DNA of 64,000 bases from positions 71,476-135,475 of the forward strand of contig JAIPIB010000001.1 in NCBI GenBank assembly GCA_021734905.1, read 5' to 3'. This stretch comes from Minisyncoccota bacterium. Its GTDB lineage: Bacteria > Patescibacteriota > Minisyncoccia > Phycocordibacterales > UBA918. The stretch's first letter is position 1. Each line of letters starts with the position of its first letter. Under the pieces are notes generated by a model that saw nothing but the letters and a program-made list of their open reading frames with translations, was not told the origin of the DNA and did no database searches. Below are positions 58,650 through 64,000 of this stretch, piece by piece. The translations under genes were made by a program, and so were the position numbers.

Positions 58650-58690
58650 CAAAAACACTTTTCCATCGGAAAAGTGTTTTTGTTTTTTTT
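58650..58690 (+). terminator. Rho-independent terminator
   Basis: aaaaacacttttcc-atcg-gaaaagtgttttt followed by gtttttttt. Confidence 0.8.
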
Positions 58691-58854
58691 GGCAAGGTAT
58701 TTAAATTAAATTTCGCATACGAAACCTTTTAGATTAAGGTTTTTATAAGGATTTTCATTTGATCTGCCCATTTCTTATTAGGTAGGGATTCATGGTATGC
58801 TAGGTTACATTATTGTCGTAATGATTTTGAAAGAGTGTAGCGTAATGCGTATAT

Positions 58855-61398
58855 ATGTCATTTTTAGATAGATTTTTCAGTCCTCCATACGAAAGGGAAC
58901 TCAAGGAAGCGAAAGCACTTGTTCCTCAAATTAATGCTCTTGAAAGCGAAGTGTCAGTAATGAGTGACGAACAACTCCTTGGTCGTTCGGATGAATTACG
59001 TGAGAAAGTTCGAGAAGGAGAATCACTCGATAGCATTCTCCCGATTGCTTTTGCACTTGTGCGGGAGGTAAGTAAACGAACACTTGGTCAGAGACATTAC
59101 GATGAACAACTTATTGGAGGAATTATCTTGCATCGTGGAAAGATTACTGAGATGCGAACAGGTGAAGGAAAAACACTTGTCGGGACACTTCCTGCATATT
59201 TGAATGCACTTACAGGAAAAGGTGTTCATGTGGTGACGGTCAATGATTATCTTGCACGACGTGACTCGGTGTGGATGGGGCAGATATATGCAGCCCTGGG
59301 ACTTACTGTGGGTGTTACCAATCAGAATGGGTCATATCTCTATGATCCGGGACACGTTGATCAAGATGCGGTGCGTGACACGCTCGGATCATTTAAAGTT
59401 GTGTATGAGTTCCTTCGTCCATGTACGCGTAAAGAAGCATACGAGGCAGATATTACATACGGAACGAATAATGAATTTGGTTTTGATTACCTGCGAGATA
59501 ATATTGAGTTCGAAGTTTCAAATCTAAGACAGCGAGGGCATGCGTATGCAATCATTGATGAGGTAGACTCAATTTTGATTGACGAGGCGCGTACACCGCT
59601 TATTATTTCTGCGCCTTCTCAAGATTCTGAAAATTTATATGCTATGTTTGCACAGATTGCTGAGAGGCTTACGCTCGACAAAGATTATACTGTCGATGAA
59701 AAACTTAAAAGTGCAACACTTACTGACGCTGGTGTTGAGGCTGCAGAGAAGATGCTTGGTGTCGATAATATTTACACCGATAAAGGTATTAAGTATGTAC
59801 ATCATCTTGAGACAGCTGTTCGAGCAAAAGCATTATATACACGAGATAAAGAATACGTTGTAAAAGACAATGAAGTCGTTATTGTGGATGAGTTTACAGG
59901 AAGGCTCCAGCCAGGACGTCGGTGGTCAGACGGACTGCATCAGGCAATAGAGGCGAGAGAAGGTGTATCAATCCAAAAAGAATCCCACACATACGCCTCG
60001 ATTACTTTCCAGAATTATTTTAGGATGTACGATAAGATTTCTGGAATGACCGGTACAGCACTCACGTCACAAGAGGAATTTTATTCAGTGTATAAGCTTG
60101 ATGTTATACCTGTTCCGACACACAGAGATATAAAACGTATCGATCACAATGACCTCATTTTTCAAAATGAGCGAGGAAAAATAACTGCTATAATTAAAAA
60201 AGTAAAGGAGGTTACTGAGAAGGGGCAGCCGTTACTTATCGGAACAGCAGCGATCGATAAAAATGAGATGTTGAGCGTTGAGCTTACAAAAGCTGGTGTT
60301 TTGCATGAAATGCTTAACGCAAAGAACCATGAACGAGAAGGGGAAATTATTGCTGAGGCAGGAAAGAAAGGTCGTGTAACACTTGCGACAAACATGGCTG
60401 GTCGTGGCGTAGATATCAAGCTCGGTGGTATCAATGCGACAGAAGCAGAAGCAGAGGAAGTCAAAGCGCTTGGTGGACTTTTTGTCTTAGGAACTGAACG
60501 GCATGAAGCGCGACGAATTGATAACCAGCTTCGAGGACGATCAGGACGACAAGGCGACCCTGGAGAAACACAGTTCTATGTATCGATGGACGATTCACTG
60601 ATGCGTGTATTTGCAAATGATACGGTGAAAAATATGATGGGTAGGTTTGGTATCCCTGAGGATCAGCCAATTGAGAATAGTATGATCACGAGATCACTTG
60701 AATCTGCTCAGAAGAAGATCGAAGGATTCCACTTTGACTCCAGAAAGCATGTTCTTGCGTATGATGATGTCTTGAATCAACAAAGGCATATTATCTATAA
60801 AAAGCGGACAAAACTCCTCCATGGGTCAATTGACGACGTTAGAGAGCTCATAGGTGAGCTTGTGATGTTTATTCCAGAGATTGATACCGTTATTCAAGCT
60901 CGAGAGAAAGAATTTGGCCAGGAGAAATGGTATGAAATTATCCGAAGGCTCATGCTTCAGGTGAACGACATTCTTTGGGTAGAACATCTCGAGGTCATGC
61001 AGCACACACGTTCGAGTGTAAGCTTGCGTGCGTACGGGCAACAGGACCCACTCATTGAATATCGTAAAGAGGGAATGAGATTGTTTCGTGAGATGCAGGA
61101 AGTTTCTTTGCATAGAGTTGCTGAACTGATACCGACGGTTCGTATTGAAGCAGTCGAAAAAGAAGAGGAGGAGCTTAAGAAGGCGCAAGCGCATCTTGCG
61201 TTGGGAGGTGGAGCTCTTGAGACTGAGGTAAAGAACGGTCAGCGATCTTCGGGGATGCCTATTCATAAGGAAATGAAAGTTGGTAGAAATGAATTCGTCA
61301 CCATAACAAATGGTACCGAGACAGAAACAGTTAAATTTAAAAAAGCTGAAGAAAGACTCCGATCGGGTGATTGGAAAGTTGTAGAGAAGGTTGTATAG
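58855..61398 (+). CDS. secA: Preprotein translocase ATPase subunit SecA
   Basis: MSFLDRFFSPPYERELK N-terminus. GKITEMRTGEGKTLV Walker A. DEVDSILIDEARTPLIIS. Helical scaffold and wing domains. Confidence 0.9.
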   Translation: MSFLDRFFSPPYERELKEAKALVPQINALESEVSVMSDEQLLGRSDELREKVREGESLDSILPIAFALVREVSKRTLGQRHYDEQLIGGIILHRGKITEMRTGEGKTLVGTLPAYLNALTGKGVHVVTVNDYLARRDSVWMGQIYAALGLTVGVTNQNGSYLYDPGHVDQDAVRDTLGSFKVVYEFLRPCTRKEAYEADITYGTNNEFGFDYLRDNIEFEVSNLRQRGHAYAIIDEVDSILIDEARTPLIISAPSQDSENLYAMFAQIAERLTLDKDYTVDEKLKSATLTDAGVEAAEKMLGVDNIYTDKGIKYVHHLETAVRAKALYTRDKEYVVKDNEVVIVDEFTGRLQPGRRWSDGLHQAIEAREGVSIQKESHTYASITFQNYFRMYDKISGMTGTALTSQEEFYSVYKLDVIPVPTHRDIKRIDHNDLIFQNERGKITAIIKKVKEVTEKGQPLLIGTAAIDKNEMLSVELTKAGVLHEMLNAKNHEREGEIIAEAGKKGRVTLATNMAGRGVDIKLGGINATEAEAEEVKALGGLFVLGTERHEARRIDNQLRGRSGRQGDPGETQFYVSMDDSLMRVFANDTVKNMMGRFGIPEDQPIENSMITRSLESAQKKIEGFHFDSRKHVLAYDDVLNQQRHIIYKKRTKLLHGSIDDVRELIGELVMFIPEIDTVIQAREKEFGQEKWYEIIRRLMLQVNDILWVEHLEVMQHTRSSVSLRAYGQQDPLIEYRKEGMRLFREMQEVSLHRVAELIPTVRIEAVEKEEEELKKAQAHLALGGGALETEVKNGQRSSGMPIHKEMKVGRNEFVTITNGTETETVKFKKAEERLRSGDWKVVEKVV

Positions 61399-61417
61399 AG
61401 AGGAAACAAAGTAATTT

Positions 61418-61456
61418 AATTCAGGCCACATTTCCGAAGGAAATGTGGCCTGAATT
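61418..61456. terminator. Perfect 18-bp inverted repeat (aattcaggccacatttcc-gaa-ggaaatgtggcctgaatt) immediately after secA
   Basis: Exact 18-bp arms with a 3-nt loop, A/T-flanked. Confidence 0.55.
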
Positions 61457-61551
61457 ATTAACCAAACCAGAGAAATTAAAAGCTATAGACATATTTCCGT
61501 TATGTGGTATAATATAAAGAGATAAGAGATATAACATTGAGGAGGTGTGAT

Positions 61552-61956
61552 ATGACTTTTTGTTCATTACATGTGCCACAGTTTGACCACGTCGAGACGT
61601 TACGATTAAGGCTGCTTGCGCAAAGGCGTTTGAACGGGTGGAGAGGAAAAGCTTCATCACTTGTAAGTCAGGCAGTTCTCGCTGTCATGCGGGGAGTACT
61701 CGATCGTAAGGGGGTTACTCCAAGTGAGGGAGCTATTACCATAAAAGAAAGGAGAGGAAAAATACGACCTGAATTTATGGCCACGTATTTCTCGGGTGGG
61801 GCAACCGTGACGTTTCTCGTTATTCCTGACACTGAGCGTGCTTGTGCAAGTGTTCAGGTTCATTCATACGAGACACACGTTCTTGCCTTTTGGCTCGCAC
61901 TTGAGGTTGGTCAGGGGTGGACTGTAGAAAACCTCTACCATAGCTCAAATGAATAA
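61552..61956 (+). CDS. Hypothetical protein (134 aa)
   Basis: GAGGAGG SD 6 nt before ATG 61552. Canonical terminator acccgtcggaa-ttt-ttccgacgggt plus T7 at 61957-61990. Confidence 0.45.
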   Translation: MTFCSLHVPQFDHVETLRLRLLAQRRLNGWRGKASSLVSQAVLAVMRGVLDRKGVTPSEGAITIKERRGKIRPEFMATYFSGGATVTFLVIPDTERACASVQVHSYETHVLAFWLALEVGQGWTVENLYHSSNE

Positions 61957-61990
61957 ACCCGTCGGAATTTTTCCGACGGGTGTTTTTTAT
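61957..61990 (+). terminator. Rho-independent terminator
   Basis: 11-bp GC-rich stem with a T-run. Confidence 0.8.
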
Positions 61991-62023
61991 GGAAAACAAA
62001 CAGAAAAAGTATATACTAATAAT

Positions 62024-62356
62024 ATGAATTTCTTCGCAAGACTTATTATAAGTGCAGCAACACTTATGCTGGTGACCTACATTGTCCCAGGGATCACGGT
62101 AGATAGCTTCTATACAGCGCTTGTTGCAGCTTTAGCCCTCGGGCTTTTGAATGCTGTAGTTCGCCCCGTGCTCGTTATCTTAACGCTACCAATTACTATT
62201 CTCACACTCGGTATTTTCATTTTTATTATTAATGCGAGTTTGTTTCTCTTTGTTGCATCATTCGTTGACGGGTTTGAAGTCTCCGGTCTTGTGAGTGCAC
62301 TCATTGGTTCAATACTTGTAAGTATCATCAGTGGTATCGCAAACAAGCTTTCGTAA
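62024..62356 (+). CDS. DUF360 / phage-holin-family-4-like small membrane protein
   Basis: LLNAVVRPVLVILTLPITILTLGIFIFIINASLF...GFEVSG pattern with 4 TM helices. Start taken at the internal Met to avoid the terminator. Confidence 0.5.
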   Translation: MNFFARLIISAATLMLVTYIVPGITVDSFYTALVAALALGLLNAVVRPVLVILTLPITILTLGIFIFIINASLFLFVASFVDGFEVSGLVSALIGSILVSIISGIANKLS

Positions 62357-62416
62357 ACCATATCGACAATAGTGTAGATGACGTCATAGTTTCAGGAATA
62401 AGAGCTCCCTGTATAT

Positions 62417-63088
62417 ATGAAAAACATGAAATTGATAGTAGAGGTGGGTGTTGTTGTAATAGTGCTTGCACTATTAGGAGCTACGTCCTTACTGAGTGGG
62501 TATCTCCCCGTTGAAAATCTTATGTTGATTGCAGATGAGAATAGAGTGCTCGGGGCATTTCTTTTTACGCTCATTATGTTTGCAACAACCGTTCTCGCAC
62601 CACTCACCGCAATTCCGCTTGTCCCTATGGTGGCTCCATTCTTAGGCCCGTTTACAACAGGAGTTGCATGTTTTACTGGATGGATACTTGGTGCGGTGGT
62701 TGCTTTTGTGATTGGTAAAAAATATGGACAACCGTTTGTGTCTCGGTTCATTGACATGCAGACAATAAAGAAATACGAAAGCTACATCAAACCAGATATA
62801 AGTTTTCTTATGATTGTAGTATTACGTATGGTCGTTCCTGTTGATGTTCTCAGTTATGCTCTTGGTATCTTTACGACGACCATATCACTTCGAACATACA
62901 CGCTCGCAAGCATGATAGGGATAGTGTGGTTCTCCTTTGCTCTCGCATATGCTGGAGATGCGCTCGTTAGTCGTAACTATGTACTTTTGATGAGTATCAG
63001 TGTAGCATCAGTGGTCATTCTCTATTTTTCATGGCGTTATGTGAGGCGTGTCCTTGGAACCACAGAAAATAAGAGTATCTTTAAATAA
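62417..63088 (+). CDS. DedA/TVP38/TMEM64-family membrane protein
   Basis: 223 aa with multiple TM helices. MIVVLRMVVPVDVLSYALGIFTT... is typical of SNARE-associated/DedA proteins. Confidence 0.65.
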   Translation: MKNMKLIVEVGVVVIVLALLGATSLLSGYLPVENLMLIADENRVLGAFLFTLIMFATTVLAPLTAIPLVPMVAPFLGPFTTGVACFTGWILGAVVAFVIGKKYGQPFVSRFIDMQTIKKYESYIKPDISFLMIVVLRMVVPVDVLSYALGIFTTTISLRTYTLASMIGIVWFSFALAYAGDALVSRNYVLLMSISVASVVILYFSWRYVRRVLGTTENKSIFK

Positions 63089-63089
63089 A

Positions 63090-64000
63090 ATGTTTGTCGA
63101 TGAATTAGAAATAAAAGTTGTTGCAGGACACGGTGGTAACGGGGTTGTTCGTTGGCGCCGAGAGAAACATGTGGCTGAAGGTGGCCCTTCTGGAGGAAAT
63201 GGCGGTAAAGGCGGAGATATTTATATGCGTGCGGTGCGAGACTTATCGCTACTAAGCAAATATACAGGCTCAAAGGAATTTCGTGCAACTGACGGGAATG
63301 CAGGAGAAAAGAGGAGTAAATATGGTAGGGATGGGGAAGACCTCTACATTGATGTCCCTGTTGGGGCGACGGTCACTGAGCATGAACGGGGGCGCGTTCA
63401 TGTGTTTGAACATGAAGGACAGATACACAAGATTCTTCTCGGAGGCAGGGGCGGGCTTGGTAATGAGTATTTTAAATCTTCAACTAATCGTGCTCCAGAG
63501 GAATCTACTGAAGGGAGACCGGGTGAAAGAGGGACGTTTACCATAGAGCTCTCACTCATTGTTGATATTGGATTGGTGGGAATTCCTAACGCTGGAAAGA
63601 CAACAATTCTCAACGCTCTCACACACACAAAGGCACGTGTTGGAGCGTACCCTTTTACGACAGTTGAACCTCATCTCGGAGAACTATATGGATTTATTTT
63701 GGCAGACATCCCTGGACTTATTGAGGGAGCATCAGAGGGGAAGGGTCTTGGGCATAAATTTTTACGACACATCAAACGAACAAAGACGATCCTTCATTGT
63801 GTGTCCTTGGAGGAGGAAAATCCACTTCAGACATACGACCTCATACGTGGTGAACTTGGTAAATTTGACCAAACACTCCTTGAAAAAGAGGAGTGGATAC
63901 TCCTCACAAAGTCAGATATTTGTCTTCCAGACAAGATAAATTCAGTGAGTGCTTCGTTTATTGCTCGTGGCCTCACCAATGTTCACGTTGTCTCAGGGGT
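63090..64000 (+). CDS. obg: GTPase Obg/CgtA, 5' portion (runs off the window end; absent from the ORF track because no stop lies inside the window)
   Basis: Glycine-rich Obg fold VVAGHGGNGVVRWRREKHVAEGGPSGGNGGKGGDIY, then G1 motif IGLVGIPNAGKTTILNALT. ATG 2 nt after the previous stop. Confidence 0.85.
   Translation, partial: MFVDELEIKVVAGHGGNGVVRWRREKHVAEGGPSGGNGGKGGDIYMRAVRDLSLLSKYTGSKEFRATDGNAGEKRSKYGRDGEDLYIDVPVGATVTEHERGRVHVFEHEGQIHKILLGGRGGLGNEYFKSSTNRAPEESTEGRPGERGTFTIELSLIVDIGLVGIPNAGKTTILNALTHTKARVGAYPFTTVEPHLGELYGFILADIPGLIEGASEGKGLGHKFLRHIKRTKTILHCVSLEEENPLQTYDLIRGELGKFDQTLLEKEEWILLTKSDICLPDKINSVSASFIARGLTNVHVVSG

Noticed and set aside
58367-58666. 99-aa minus-strand ORF (Cys/Phe/Leu-rich)
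   Set aside because: It is the reverse-complement reading of the lysine codon repeats (AAG/AAA, read as CTT/TTT) of the histone-H1-like gene, which has its own terminator on the plus strand.

Overview
Low-GC (~38-40%) bacterial segment that reads as an ordinary genetic code 11 genome, with TGA used as a stop and no recoding. A complete 16S rRNA gene (about 598..2054, + strand) is not followed by 23S or 5S anywhere in the 62 kb downstream, so the rRNA genes appear unlinked. The classical spacer tRNA-Ile(GAU) sits about 1.9 kb away on the opposite strand. The 16S has divergent 338, 515F and 1492R primer sites and a non-canonical 3' tail. Most genes lack Shine-Dalgarno motifs. Together with the many small proteins and a lamin-tail-domain protein this suggests, as inference only, a CPR/Patescibacteria-like organism. 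Core genes present are murD-murC, rsmI, murB, secA, obg (5' partial at the window end), and a YvcK/CofD-like gene. About half the window (roughly 15-57 kb) is one very large surface-glycan locus. It holds at least nine GT4 glycosyltransferases, one GT9 and one GT2/GtrB, GtrA, a Wzx flippase, a Wzy_C-TPR protein, two CE4 deacetylases, an AsnB-type amidotransferase and four SAM methyltransferases including a TylCIII-like C-methyltransferase. It also holds three tandem GDP-mannose 4,6-dehydratase paralogs, a Kdo module (KpsF-X-KdsB), a sulfotransferase with a bifunctional ATP-sulfurylase/APS-kinase, and an unusual HIGH-type nucleotidyltransferase fused to a PMI cupin. I read this as a candidate locus for a sulfated, methylated, 6-deoxyhexose- and Kdo-containing glycan that may be undescribed. 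Other items worth a look are a type-IV-coupling-protein-like ATPase with a roughly 300-aa disordered tail beside an LTD/PKD protein, a GT-N fragment overlapping a kinase-fold gene, an ATP-grasp/PHP pair, a histone-H1-like lysine-rich mini-gene, a 47-nt direct repeat with nested palindromes in the 16S trailer, and a perfect 22-bp palindrome operator. No transposase, integrase, CRISPR or cas genes were recognised. All calls are by eye from sequence and translation and need HMM/BLAST confirmation.
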